Origin: a virus
Lineage: Duplodnaviria; Heunggongvirae; Uroviricota; Caudoviricetes
IMG/VR virus record: IMGVR_UViG_3300034022_000267
Coordinates: 1 to 64,000 of that record
Length of the DNA stretch: 64,000 bases
Reading direction: 5' to 3' (one strand)
Part shown: positions 46,519 through 56,517 of the stretch, in pieces
Position numbering within the stretch: the first letter of the stretch is position 1
Layout: each line of letters begins with the position of its first letter
Program-made: the position numbers and the translations under genes
The notes under the pieces: model-generated
What the model saw: only the letters and a program-made list of their open reading frames with translations
Told to the model about the DNA's origin: nothing
The model's database searches: none

Positions 46519-47571
46519 ATGATAAAAGGAGTAGCAAAAACAGAAGCTCAATACAGAGCAGTGGTAATGGATTCATCCAGTAGCCTAAAAGAGTTCTCAC
46601 AAGACAGAAAGAAGTATTACAAGAAATATTTCCTTGGAGAGAAGGTGGAAGATAAAGAAACATCAGCAACTAATATGGGTAGAATAGTTGAAACCCTACT
46701 TATGGAACCTCATCTATTTGATGATAAATTCTATATGTCATCTTGTGCTTCTACACCAACAGGACTAATGCTTGATTTTGTTGAAGCATTATATAGAGTT
46801 ACAAGAGATGCTACAGATGAATTTGGTAGAGTTAACAGAAATTTTGAAGATATATCCTCAGAGGCTTACAATATATCAGGATTTAAGATTAAATACGAGG
46901 CTGTAATAGGTAAGTTCTTTGGATCTGATGCTGAGATATACTATAATGAAATTAGAACTGTTAGAAGTAAGAATTTAACAGTGGTGAATACAATGGAAAT
47001 ATCCATTGCAGAGAAGATTGTAGAACAACTTAAGACCAATAGTACAACAGGTCCAATTGTTAATCTTGTAAACAGCTCTAGATATGAAATTATAGATCAA
47101 ATGCAAGTGGAAGGATATACAATTGATGGACATAAGTTCAAGAGTATGCTTGATAAAGTGATAATTGATCATGATAAAAAGACTATTCAACCATACGATT
47201 TGAAATGTACATGGTCTGTAGAAAACTTCTATGAAGAATATTACTTGTACAGAAGAGCGTACCTCCAAGCATTCTTATATTATAATGCAATGAAATATCT
47301 AGCAGAAGATGAAGCTAGTCCACATTATGGATATAAAGTGGAATACTTGAAGTTTATTGTATGTGACAGCACAAACTATTATCAACCATTAATCTATACA
47401 CTAGATGATGGAGATATGGATGATGCATACAAAGGATTTATACACAAAGGAAGAACTTATCCTGGTGTAGGAGATTTGATAGCAGCTCTTACTTGGTGCA
47501 AAGAAACAAACACATGGAGTATAAGCCACAAAAATTATTTATCTAACGGAATAGTAAACATCAAGGGATAA
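46519..47571 (+). CDS. Putative PD-(D/E)xK exonuclease (YqaJ/lambda-Exo-like)
   Basis: 350 aa. It lies in a recombination neighbourhood upstream of RecA, with D...E.K-like acidic/lysine motifs (IIDQMQVEGY...LDKVIID). Weak call. Confidence 0.3.
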   Translation: MIKGVAKTEAQYRAVVMDSSSSLKEFSQDRKKYYKKYFLGEKVEDKETSATNMGRIVETLLMEPHLFDDKFYMSSCASTPTGLMLDFVEALYRVTRDATDEFGRVNRNFEDISSEAYNISGFKIKYEAVIGKFFGSDAEIYYNEIRTVRSKNLTVVNTMEISIAEKIVEQLKTNSTTGPIVNLVNSSRYEIIDQMQVEGYTIDGHKFKSMLDKVIIDHDKKTIQPYDLKCTWSVENFYEEYYLYRRAYLQAFLYYNAMKYLAEDEASPHYGYKVEYLKFIVCDSTNYYQPLIYTLDDGDMDDAYKGFIHKGRTYPGVGDLIAALTWCKETNTWSISHKNYLSNGIVNIKG

Positions 47572-47574
47572 AAT

Positions 47575-48138
47575 ATGGAGATTAAAAAGAACATAACTAG
47601 CATTTTTATGGTACCTACACTCAAGGTACCTAAAGATGCTTTAAGAGGAAATGGATTTATCAATGCATATATAAAAGATAATAGAAAAGATGATGATTAT
47701 AAAGATTCAATCTATCTATTATTTAAACCTACAGACATTGATAAGTTCAGAGAGTTTTTAGAAAATGAATATGAGAGAACAAAAAACGTCATAGAAGACT
47801 ATGATTATGAAGATGGGTATGTTGTAGTAGTTTATCAACTTGATAAAAAATATAATAAAGATTTTATGTTAATCAAAGAAGGTAAATATTCAAAGACATC
47901 TGTTGAGTTTCAAAAATTATTTCCAAAAATAATTAAGATTGTTAAAAATGGATTGAATAGAGATGAATTATCTTTACAATATAGAATATTTAACAAATCT
48001 GAAGAGCTTATAGAATTCTGGGAAGAAAAACTTGGAATAGATCTAAAAAGCACAATAGGAAATGATTTTGAAGTGTGGGAAGGTTGGGATGAACAAAAAG
48101 AAATTTTAGAACTTAATACTATAAAAGAAAATGTATAA
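47575..48138 (+). CDS. Hypothetical protein
   Basis: 187 aa. Confidence 0.35.
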   Translation: MEIKKNITSIFMVPTLKVPKDALRGNGFINAYIKDNRKDDDYKDSIYLLFKPTDIDKFREFLENEYERTKNVIEDYDYEDGYVVVVYQLDKKYNKDFMLIKEGKYSKTSVEFQKLFPKIIKIVKNGLNRDELSLQYRIFNKSEELIEFWEEKLGIDLKSTIGNDFEVWEGWDEQKEILELNTIKENV

Positions 48139-48343
48139 CGAAGAAATATACCAAAAACTTCTAGAAGAATTTGGTGAAAATAAAATGGGAACCGTAACAG
48201 ATATCATATCTACATTGTATGATATAAAATATAATGCCACTAAACATGTAGATGTTCTTAATGAATATGATTATGAGAGAGATTGGTGGATGAGTAAACA
48301 TAAAGAAGTAATTAATAAAATAGAAAACACATGTCAGGACTAG
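48131..48343 (+). CDS. Hypothetical protein
   Basis: 70 aa. Confidence 0.3.
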   Translation: MYNEEIYQKLLEEFGENKMGTVTDIISTLYDIKYNATKHVDVLNEYDYERDWWMSKHKEVINKIENTCQD

Positions 48344-48717
48344 AATTATTACAGAAACATCCATTAACATCTAATGTGATAAAAGAATGGTTTCTTAAAT
48401 CAATGTTAGAATCATTTAAAGATGAAACTGTACCAGAAGAGTTCAAACAGTTTATGATTGAACAAGGAGTAGAAGAAGATAAAGTGGGAACGTTGATTGA
48501 TGTTAATCCTAGAATGTTATTAGATGTATTTGATGCTAGTGGATTATGTATTAACATTGAAAGAACAGAAAATAAAGAAGTAGAATGGGCATGGGGAATA
48601 GCATCTATAACATATGAAACAGCTATTTTTAAAACAAGAAAAGAAGCAGAATATGCTGCTATAGAAGAAGCTTTTGAATTATTAGAAATAAAACTATCTC
48701 CAAAAGTAGAAGAATAA
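48331..48717 (+). CDS. Hypothetical protein
   Basis: 128 aa. Confidence 0.35.
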   Translation: MSGLELLQKHPLTSNVIKEWFLKSMLESFKDETVPEEFKQFMIEQGVEEDKVGTLIDVNPRMLLDVFDASGLCINIERTENKEVEWAWGIASITYETAIFKTRKEAEYAAIEEAFELLEIKLSPKVEE

Positions 48718-48746
48718 TTAGGAATAACCAGGGAGATGATGTATAT

Positions 48747-49109
48747 TTGTCTCCCTATAATTTAAAAAACATGAGAACAAATAAAGAATTTAATGATAAG
48801 TATAAAGATTACTTAGAAGAAGGATATTATGGAATGGACATAGATGTCCCAGCTGTAATAACTTATGTAGATCAAATATTTGCTGATCTTATAAATATAC
48901 CAGGATTTAAATATGAGCAAATCAAAACTAAATATGGATTGGCTAAAGTGTATACAAATCTTGAAGAACTTCTTCCATTTGTAGGAAGAATTATTCAACA
49001 GGAACTTGAAGAGAAAATTAACTTCATTCTTAAAGTGGAATTTGAAGTGGAAAACAGACTAAAAAGTTTAAATCTAGATAAAAATGGAAGAGCTATTCAA
49101 TCAATTTAA
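48747..49109 (+). CDS. Hypothetical protein
   Basis: 120 aa. Confidence 0.35.
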   Translation: MSPYNLKNMRTNKEFNDKYKDYLEEGYYGMDIDVPAVITYVDQIFADLINIPGFKYEQIKTKYGLAKVYTNLEELLPFVGRIIQQELEEKINFILKVEFEVENRLKSLNLDKNGRAIQSI

Positions 49110-49338
49110 ACACATGTTAGTGATACATCCAACTTATCAAGGATATGTTTGTGGATACAACGAAGCTCATTTTATTTTAGCTGTAGAAACTAAAGATGAT
49201 AAAAACTTTTTTAGAAAACTACAAAATCCATACATCATGGAAGAATACAAGGATATTAAATATAGATATGTATACGAAGATGAAAGAGAACTTATAAAAC
49301 AGTATAGTAATGTCAAAGAAAATAAATTTGACAATTAA
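49084..49338 (+). CDS. Hypothetical protein
   Basis: 84 aa. Confidence 0.3.
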   Translation: MEELFNQFKHMLVIHPTYQGYVCGYNEAHFILAVETKDDKNFFRKLQNPYIMEEYKDIKYRYVYEDERELIKQYSNVKENKFDN

Positions 49339-49485
49339 GACAAAACTTCTTATATTTGAATATAAAGAAAAGTATCCAGAGTTATCAGCTGAATTTATGG
49401 CTGAATTATTTAACATAAGAACACACTCAATGATAGACTTATTTAAACAAGGTGAGATCATAGTGGCTTCTAAAATGAATAAGTT

Positions 49486-49668
49486 ATGAATAATGATGAT
49501 AAAAAAGAATTCATAGAAGGAATAGATTACTATTTAGAAGATGGAAGGATCCATTTTACTAAGGAGTATTTATTAAAGACTAAGAAACAATGTTGTGGAA
49601 ATGATTGCAGACATTGTCCTTATGATAAGCGTGAGAAAGGAAATACATCACTTAGAACAAGTGAATAA
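49486..49668 (+). CDS. Small Cys-rich protein
   Basis: 60 aa, CCGNDCRHCPY. A terminator follows. Confidence 0.3.
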   Translation: MNNDDKKEFIEGIDYYLEDGRIHFTKEYLLKTKKQCCGNDCRHCPYDKREKGNTSLRTSE

Positions 49669-49698
49669 AAAGTTCTGTTCTGTTTTTTAATTGTTGAG

Positions 49699-49728
49699 AG
49701 AGCCCTGAAGAAATTTGGGGCTTTTTTA
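49699..49728 (+). terminator. Rho-independent terminator
   Basis: agccc-loop-gggct followed by TTTTTT. Confidence 0.5.
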
Positions 49729-49845
49729 CCCTCAATTAACTAACATATTATCTATAATGTTCTATATATTACATAATTAGATAACATATTAATTAGGAAA
49801 TAAGCAGAAAAATGACTAACTTTAAACAATTAAAATAATTAAATA

Positions 49846-50943
49846 ATGGCAAAACAGAAAGCAGTGGCTAAAGAAACTAATAACAAGTTTCAAGAAGCAA
49901 TGGACAAATTGAACAAGACTTATGGTGTTGGTTCAATATTAGCGTTAGATTCTAAACCAGGAGGAGATTATGATGTTATCAGTACAGGAAGTATTGGTTT
50001 TGATCACATTACACTTGGTGTAGGAGGATTTGTAAAGGGGAAACTCTATGAACTTATGGGCTGGGAGGGCACAGGTAAATCTACAATATGTGGACATGCT
50101 GCAGCTGAATGTCAAAAAGCAGGTGGAACTGTTCTATATATAGATGGTGAACATGCTGTTGACAAGACTTATTTCAAGAAATTAGGAGTGGACACAACTA
50201 AAATGTTAATTGCTCAACCATCATGTGGTGAAGAAGGATTTAACATTGCTATGGAGATGATTAATACAGGAGAGATAGATCTTGTCATCATAGATAGCGA
50301 TAGTTCGCTTATACCTAAAAAGATGCTTGATGGTAATGTAGGAGACTCTACAATAGGCAGAAAAGCTTTATTGAATAGTAATGCTTATCCAAAGTTAAAA
50401 GGTGCTCTATCACAACATAATGTATGTGTTATCGTAATATCCCAATATAGAGAGAAGATTGGTGTTATGTTTGGTAATCCAACCACTACACAAGGAGGAC
50501 ATGCTCTTAAATTTTACAGTGATGTTCGTATTGAAGTGAGTAGAAGCTTAGCTAAAGATGGTGATGTAACTTATGGTAATATCACTAAACTAAAAGCTAT
50601 CAAGAACAAAATGTCTCCTCCATATAGAAAATCTGAATTTGAAATAGTATATGGATTAGGTATAGACAAACTTGATGAGATGATGAGTCTTCTTAATGAG
50701 TTTGAGCTAGGACGTAAGTATGGTAAAACAATGACAGTGGATGGAACTAAGTATGACTTAGAAGAATTCAAACAACTTGTTCTTGATAATCCAGAATTCT
50801 ATGATGAATTGAAAGCTAAAATTGTAGCTACAATTAACCAAACTGATCTTCCTATAGAAGAAGTAGAAGTGGAAGAAGATGTTGTAGTTTTACCTACAGC
50901 TCCATGTTCTAATCATGGTTTATTTAATGATGAAGAATTATGA
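49846..50943 (+). CDS. RecA/UvsX-family recombinase
   Basis: 365 aa. Walker A GWEGTGKST; Walker B DLVIIDSDS; RecA-like loop regions (GNPTTTQGGHALKFYSDVRIEV). Confidence 0.8.
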   Translation: MAKQKAVAKETNNKFQEAMDKLNKTYGVGSILALDSKPGGDYDVISTGSIGFDHITLGVGGFVKGKLYELMGWEGTGKSTICGHAAAECQKAGGTVLYIDGEHAVDKTYFKKLGVDTTKMLIAQPSCGEEGFNIAMEMINTGEIDLVIIDSDSSLIPKKMLDGNVGDSTIGRKALLNSNAYPKLKGALSQHNVCVIVISQYREKIGVMFGNPTTTQGGHALKFYSDVRIEVSRSLAKDGDVTYGNITKLKAIKNKMSPPYRKSEFEIVYGLGIDKLDEMMSLLNEFELGRKYGKTMTVDGTKYDLEEFKQLVLDNPEFYDELKAKIVATINQTDLPIEEVEVEEDVVVLPTAPCSNHGLFNDEEL

Positions 50944-51758
50944 GTATCATAGGTATAAATGGGAAAATTGGTGTTGGAAAAGATACTGTAGGTAGTATTA
51001 TTCAATATTTAACATCTGAATATAGAGATAAATATAATTTTATAGAATGGCAAGATAGAGTAGAAAATTATGGATCAAGTACATACTCACCATTTGAAAT
51101 TAAGAAGTTCGCAGGAAAATTGAAAACAATTGCTTCCCTTCTTACTGGTATACCTATAGAAAAGTTTGAAGACCAAGATTTTAAAAAACAAGTAATGTCT
51201 AAAGAATGGATACAACCTAAACATTATAATTGTGAAAATTATGATATAGAAGATGGAGGAGGTAATTGTTCTTTTTGTTCTTGTAAAGAAAAAGAAATGA
51301 CATATAGAGAATTTCTTCAAAAACTTGGTACAGAAGCAATGCGTGACGGTTTACATAAAGAAGTTTGGGTCAATGCTTTGTTTGCTGATTATAAAACAAC
51401 AATACCTGTAAATGATGAACATTTTGAACATGTGTCTACAGGACATTATACATTAAAACACGATGTAACTTTACCTAATTGGATTATTACAGACATGAGA
51501 TTTCCTAATGAAATGGAAGCGGTTGTAGAAAGAAAAGGTATTACTATTAGAGTCGTGAGACCAAAAATTGAATCTGTTGTAGATAAAATGAGACCTTATT
51601 CAGATTTAGTTCATTATGGAATACCTATGCCTGTAGAACATCCTTCAGAAACAGCTCTCGATGATGCTGAGTTTGATTATGAAATTATCAATGATGGATC
51701 TATAAAAGATCTAATAGAAAAAGTTAAACAAATATTAATAACAGAAAAAATTATATGA
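50940..51758 (+). CDS. Deoxynucleoside monophosphate kinase-like P-loop kinase
   Basis: 272 aa. The N-terminus GINGKIGVGKDTVGSII is similar to the T4 gp1 GxxRSGKDT P-loop. Confidence 0.5.
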   Translation: MSIIGINGKIGVGKDTVGSIIQYLTSEYRDKYNFIEWQDRVENYGSSTYSPFEIKKFAGKLKTIASLLTGIPIEKFEDQDFKKQVMSKEWIQPKHYNCENYDIEDGGGNCSFCSCKEKEMTYREFLQKLGTEAMRDGLHKEVWVNALFADYKTTIPVNDEHFEHVSTGHYTLKHDVTLPNWIITDMRFPNEMEAVVERKGITIRVVRPKIESVVDKMRPYSDLVHYGIPMPVEHPSETALDDAEFDYEIINDGSIKDLIEKVKQILITEKII

Positions 51759-52108
51759 CATTATCAATAGACTTTGATGGTACAATCTGTGAACATAGCT
51801 TTCCAGAAGTGGGAGCTCTTAGAAAAGATGCAGATGTATACATTAGAAAACTTTATGAAGAAGGACATAAGATTATCATTAGTACATGTAGATCTGGTAA
51901 GTATGAAGGAATGGCTCAAGATTTTCTTGATGATAATGATATTCCTTATCACTATATAAATAGTAACTTACCAGAGCTTATTGAACATTATGGACAAGAC
52001 TGTAGAAAGATTTCTGCAGATATATACATAGATGACAAATGCCTCATGGGATTACCAGAAACATGGGAAGAAATTTACACATTAATACAAATAAAACAAA
52101 TCGTATGA
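51755..52108 (+). CDS. HAD-family phosphatase (deoxyribonucleotidase-like)
   Basis: 117 aa with HAD motif I DFDGT at the N-terminus. Confidence 0.45.
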   Translation: MTLSIDFDGTICEHSFPEVGALRKDADVYIRKLYEEGHKIIISTCRSGKYEGMAQDFLDDNDIPYHYINSNLPELIEHYGQDCRKISADIYIDDKCLMGLPETWEEIYTLIQIKQIV

Positions 52109-52410
52109 AAACTTACAATGAATTAGAAGCCCTTGTTATAGTTTGGGCACATCAAAAAGGTATCCTAGACAATGGAACACCATATGCACAATGTGAAAAA
52201 ACAATGGAAGAAGTAGTAGAACTTCAAGAGGCCATTATTATGAAGGACAGAGAAGAGACAATTGATGCTCTAGGAGATATTCTAGTAACAATTATCATCC
52301 AAGCGGAGATGCAAGGATTGAGCTTGACAGAATGTTTAGAAAGTGCATACAATGTAATAGCTAAACGTACAGGAGTTATGAAGGATGGACAATTTCACAA
52401 AGATAAATAA
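52105..52410 (+). CDS. MazG-like nucleotide pyrophosphohydrolase
   Basis: Track ORF 52039..52410. The likely start is ATG 52105 (ATGA overlap with the HAD stop). EExxE-type motif MEEVVELQEAI and an all-alpha sequence. Confidence 0.45.
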   Translation: MKTYNELEALVIVWAHQKGILDNGTPYAQCEKTMEEVVELQEAIIMKDREETIDALGDILVTIIIQAEMQGLSLTECLESAYNVIAKRTGVMKDGQFHKDK

Positions 52411-52687
52411 TATGAAATATAGAAAAAAACCAGTCATAATTGAAGCAGTTCAATTGACTATAGAAAATGTAAAAAATAATACTATAACAAATTTTTTGGG
52501 TGATAAATTTACAGGATATATAAGTGAAAGTAAAAACTTAGAAGAGGTAATAACGTATATTGATACTTTAGAAGGTAGAATGAAAGCATCAACAAATGAT
52601 TATATTATAAAAGGAGTACAAGGAGAATTTTATCCATGTAAACCAGATATATTTGAATTAACGTATGAAATTGTAAAAGATGCTTAG
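52385..52687 (+). CDS. Hypothetical protein
   Basis: 100 aa. Confidence 0.35.
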   Translation: MDNFTKINNMKYRKKPVIIEAVQLTIENVKNNTITNFLGDKFTGYISESKNLEEVITYIDTLEGRMKASTNDYIIKGVQGEFYPCKPDIFELTYEIVKDA

Positions 52688-52985
52688 TTCTGACTACCCT
52701 CAATTGTGCACTAAGTGTCAAGGATATAAAACTATGCCTTATGCTTGGAATAGTACAGCACAACCAAGAATGTGTAGCTGTCCAAAAGTTTCCCTATCAT
52801 GGGAATGTCATAGATGTGGAAAGATAAATGCTCCATGGAAAGGAAGTTGTGATTGCACACCACCAACTAACAACTTTCCATACGGTAATCCAATCCCTGT
52901 TGCAGGTGTTAATGCTCCTACATATGGTACAGTTACTCAAGGTTATCCTATAGGTAGTAATATAACAAATACAAATGAAGTGTAA
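52680..52985 (+). CDS. Cys-rich hypothetical protein
   Basis: 101 aa with multiple C pairs (CTKCQG...CSCP...CHRCG...CDC). Confidence 0.35.
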   Translation: MLSSDYPQLCTKCQGYKTMPYAWNSTAQPRMCSCPKVSLSWECHRCGKINAPWKGSCDCTPPTNNFPYGNPIPVAGVNAPTYGTVTQGYPIGSNITNTNEV

Positions 52986-53370
52986 AACATGTGGAAAGAA
53001 CTCTGATGGAGAATATTGTTTTATACATAAAGCTAGAAAACCATTAGCTCAAAGTAGGTTAAAGCCAACATTAACCCCTAAAAAGGGGGTTAGTGATGGT
53101 TATATCATACAAAGAGAGATGTTTCTTAAGATATGGAAGAAGAGAACGCACCATTCAGAAGTGAGTGGTGCCTATCTTGGTAGTGAACCTATGTCTACAT
53201 ACTTCCATCACATACTACCTAAAGAAAAATACCCAGAAGCTTGTCTAGATGAAGAAAATATCGTATTATTGTCCCTTGAAGAACATAGCAATGTTGAAAA
53301 TGATATGTATAAGTATGAAGAGGTGAATAAAAGACGTGAACAACTAAAACTTAAATATAATATATTATGA
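52975..53370 (+). CDS. HNH-family endonuclease-like protein
   Basis: 131 aa. CKTCGK...C, then HHILPKEKYP...N...H. Confidence 0.4.
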   Translation: MKCKTCGKNSDGEYCFIHKARKPLAQSRLKPTLTPKKGVSDGYIIQREMFLKIWKKRTHHSEVSGAYLGSEPMSTYFHHILPKEKYPEACLDEENIVLLSLEEHSNVENDMYKYEEVNKRREQLKLKYNIL

Positions 53371-53642
53371 GTAAAAGATACATGTATGCTAGAACAACAA
53401 AAACTGCTGCTAAAATAACAAAACCCTTACACCTTAATAAACATATTGTTCCTGATTTATTAAAAGATGATGAAATAAAAATAATATTTGATCATGAATG
53501 GTCTAATGATGATTCTAGTTCAAAATGGTTAACAAATCAAAAAGGAGAAAGATTAGATTGTATTGTTTTTGTAGAAGCTGACAATAGAGAAAATCAATAT
53601 TTTGAACATTTATGTAATTTAAATAAATATGAAAGAACCTAA
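53367..53642 (+). CDS. Hypothetical protein
   Basis: 91 aa. Confidence 0.3.
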   Translation: MSKRYMYARTTKTAAKITKPLHLNKHIVPDLLKDDEIKIIFDHEWSNDDSSSKWLTNQKGERLDCIVFVEADNRENQYFEHLCNLNKYERT

Positions 53643-54276
53643 CAGAGAAAGAAAGAGTGACATTAAATATAATGTTACACTTAATGAAGAACAAAAGCTT
53701 GCTAAACAGCTTATAATAGACAATCAAATTGTTATTGTTACTGGTAGAGCTGGAAGTGGTAAATCTTTAGTGTGTGCTCAAGCTGCTTTAGATTTTTTAA
53801 TGAAGAAGCAATGTAACCATATATTAGTTACTAGAGCTTCTGTAGAGGTGGGAGCTTCTTTAGGTTTTCTTCCTGGAGATCTTAAAGAAAAATTTGATCC
53901 TTATTTAGAAGCTTTTCAAGAAAATCTTATTAAATGTTACGATAGGATGAAGATTGAAGAGTTCATTAAGAATCAAAAGATCAAAGCACTTCCTGTACAG
54001 TTTGTTAGGGGTAAAACAGTTGATGATGTCCTTGTTATAGAAGAAGCACAAAATTTAACCAAAGCTGAAATGCTTGCTCTTTTAACAAGACTTGGTAAAA
54101 CAGGAAAGATTATTATCAATGGTGACAATGAACAAAAAGACACCAAAGAATCATACACTGGATTATCTTATGCAATTGATATTTCTAAGAAGATAGAAGG
54201 TATAGAATGGATTAAACTTAAAGCCAATCATAGAAGTGATCTTGTTGGTAAAATATTAGATAACGAATATAATTAA
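53629..54276 (+). CDS. phoH: PhoH-like ATPase
   Basis: 215 aa. Walker A VIVTGRAGSGKSLV, Walker B VLVIEEAQN. Phage PhoH size and order. Confidence 0.6.
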   Translation: MKEPNRERKSDIKYNVTLNEEQKLAKQLIIDNQIVIVTGRAGSGKSLVCAQAALDFLMKKQCNHILVTRASVEVGASLGFLPGDLKEKFDPYLEAFQENLIKCYDRMKIEEFIKNQKIKALPVQFVRGKTVDDVLVIEEAQNLTKAEMLALLTRLGKTGKIIINGDNEQKDTKESYTGLSYAIDISKKIEGIEWIKLKANHRSDLVGKILDNEYN

Positions 54277-54287
54277 AAATATAAAAC

Positions 54288-54476
54288 ATGATTAGAAAAT
54301 TTTTGTTGTATCTATTAGAAATGAATAGTCAACACATCACAGGAGTTACAGGAAAAAAAGCTCGTATTAGTGGAATTTATAGAAGTGATGATCAATTTAT
54401 TCCTCTATCAAAGTATGAGACATTTCCTCCCTCATCAAATAAACCAGTAATATGGACATTAGTAGTAAACGTTTAA
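54288..54476 (+). CDS. Hypothetical protein
   Basis: 62 aa. Confidence 0.3.
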   Translation: MIRKFLLYLLEMNSQHITGVTGKKARISGIYRSDDQFIPLSKYETFPPSSNKPVIWTLVVNV

Positions 54477-54489
54477 ACAATTAACAAAT

Positions 54490-54768
54490 ATGAACAATCA
54501 ATTTATTTACACAGCTACAATAGCTGACAAGGAGTTCAAAGCTTCTTTAAATCTTAACAAGGTGATTAGATCCTTAACCAATGAAGATGGAAGTCTTATT
54601 GTCATCCTAGATGATTTCAATGAGAGAGTAACACAACAACCAGACATCGATATTAAGACTAATAAGATGAAAGGATACAAGAGTGTACGTGAAACTGTAC
54701 AATCAGAAATTCTATTGAATGTAGAAGACGCAGCAAGATTTTTTAACTTAACAGAATACAAATCATAA
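54490..54768 (+). CDS. Hypothetical protein
   Basis: 92 aa, preceded by a TTTAAACAATTAACAAAT leader. Confidence 0.35.
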   Translation: MNNQFIYTATIADKEFKASLNLNKVIRSLTNEDGSLIVILDDFNERVTQQPDIDIKTNKMKGYKSVRETVQSEILLNVEDAARFFNLTEYKS

Positions 54769-54945
54769 TGACAACAGAAGAAAAAGATTTTAATGCTAAA
54801 GTTTTAGAAGCTGTAACATTGGGAGTAGTTTCAGGAGCTTTTTGTGCTCATGAGTGCTATAAAAAAGGAGAACCTGTTGATGAGTATTTTAAACAAATCG
54901 AAGATCTTTTAAAACAATATAATGAATTAACAAAAAAATAAAACC

Positions 54946-55233
54946 ATGGCAAAATTATTAGGAAACCGTATCTACTTAGAGATACCAAAGAAAGAAGAAA
55001 GCAAACTTATTGTAGATGAAAATACAAAAGAAGCTTTAGAGAAAGAAATGATTAAGAAGATGTCTAAACTAACTATTCATAGCGTTGGTACAGCTAACAT
55101 GGATGAATCATTAGTTGTAGGAGCTGTTGTTCTTGTAGATCCAGAAGCTTTATCAAAAGCTAGATTGATTCCTTTATCAGAAGATGAAACTGTATTATTA
55201 GTTTCTCCATTTGACATCATACAAACCTGGTAA
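54946..55233 (+). CDS. GroES-like co-chaperonin (Cpn10 / T4 gp31 analog)
   Basis: 95 aa. AKLLGNRIYLEI resembles the IRPLHDRVIVKR pattern. VGAVVLVDPEA...DETVLLVSPFDIIQT resembles GroES VGDIVIF...EEVLIMSESDILAIV. Confidence 0.45.
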   Translation: MAKLLGNRIYLEIPKKEESKLIVDENTKEALEKEMIKKMSKLTIHSVGTANMDESLVVGAVVLVDPEALSKARLIPLSEDETVLLVSPFDIIQTW

Positions 55234-55247
55234 TTTAAATAGAAACT

Positions 55248-55883
55248 ATGATCGATATAATAACACAAGAAGTTAAAGACCACATATCTAATATAGGTGA
55301 TATATTAGATAGAATTGGTGAAAGAGTAGAAGGTAATCTGATATGCGATATAACATCTGATAATCTTACAGATGTTGCAAATGAAAGTAAAATATACAAC
55401 CTACTAAAACTATCTGAAAATAAATCGAAAATATGTGAAATAGGAGTTAATGCTGGCCATAGTTTATTACTTATGGTCAGTGCTAATCCTGAAGCAGAAT
55501 ATTTGATTTTTGATTTAGGTGGACATGTTTATACTAGACCATGTGTACAGTATATTAAAAATGCATATCCATCTACAAAGATAACAGAAGTATATGGAGA
55601 TAGTAATATAACATTAAAAAAGTATATAGAGTCTAATGAATTACATACATTTGATTTGATTCATATTGATGGAGGTCATGAAACTGCCACTGTTGAAAAT
55701 GATTTTACTTGTACACAAGAACTACTTACAAAAGATGGAGTTGTTGTTTTTGATGACTATAACTTTGGTAATATACGTACAGTGATTGATAGTTATGTAG
55801 ATAAAGGAGTTATATCTGAGTATACAGAAGATGTAGTTAAAACTGATCTACATTTTATATATAAACTAAATGATAGAAAATAA
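55248..55883 (+). CDS. Class I SAM-dependent methyltransferase (O-MTase-like)
   Basis: 211 aa. EIGVNAGHS (motif I-like) and FDLIHIDGGHE (the FDxIxIDG signature typical of this O-MTase family). Confidence 0.5.
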   Translation: MIDIITQEVKDHISNIGDILDRIGERVEGNLICDITSDNLTDVANESKIYNLLKLSENKSKICEIGVNAGHSLLLMVSANPEAEYLIFDLGGHVYTRPCVQYIKNAYPSTKITEVYGDSNITLKKYIESNELHTFDLIHIDGGHETATVENDFTCTQELLTKDGVVVFDDYNFGNIRTVIDSYVDKGVISEYTEDVVKTDLHFIYKLNDRK

Positions 55884-56517
55884 CATACATCAGATTTGGG
55901 TAGGTGATGCTAGAACACCAAGTCATATAAAACATTATATAGATGAAGTGAAAGAACGTCATCCAGACTTTAATTACTATCTCTGGACTGATGATAATCT
56001 ACCTGAACTACCAGAACATCTTAAGAAGATATATGATGCATATAATGAACCAGCAATCAAAGCAGATCTATTACGAATGTATGTAGTGTATAAGTTTGGT
56101 GGAATTTATTTAGATGCTGATTTTAAAACAATAGAGGGGTTTTATTCAAGTGTTATACCACATAAAGAACATGATGGTTTTATTGTCTATAACGATTCTT
56201 ATAAAATGTCTGCATTAGCTAACACTATATTTGGTTTTAAAAAAGAGAATCCACTTTTAGGATATATGATCGATAATATAACCCAAGAAGGTCAATGGAT
56301 TGGTCCAAACTGGTGGGCTCAGATAATTTGTAAATATTTTGGACTTCATCCTGATAAATCTACAGTTGAAGAACTTAAAGAAAAATTAAATAAAATTAAT
56401 TTACAAGTAGTTCATTGGAAAGATGTAGAAGATAAATGTTTTAGACATGAAGCATTAGCCTCTTGGGTACATGGATCTATTTGGAATGAAAAACTAAAAA
56501 GTGGAAATTATGATTAG
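55870..56517 (+). CDS. Glycosyltransferase (GT32-like, DxD motif)
   Basis: 215 aa. IHQIWVG N-terminal motif and YLDADF DxD. Confidence 0.45.
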   Translation: MIENNIHQIWVGDARTPSHIKHYIDEVKERHPDFNYYLWTDDNLPELPEHLKKIYDAYNEPAIKADLLRMYVVYKFGGIYLDADFKTIEGFYSSVIPHKEHDGFIVYNDSYKMSALANTIFGFKKENPLLGYMIDNITQEGQWIGPNWWAQIICKYFGLHPDKSTVEELKEKLNKINLQVVHWKDVEDKCFRHEALASWVHGSIWNEKLKSGNYD

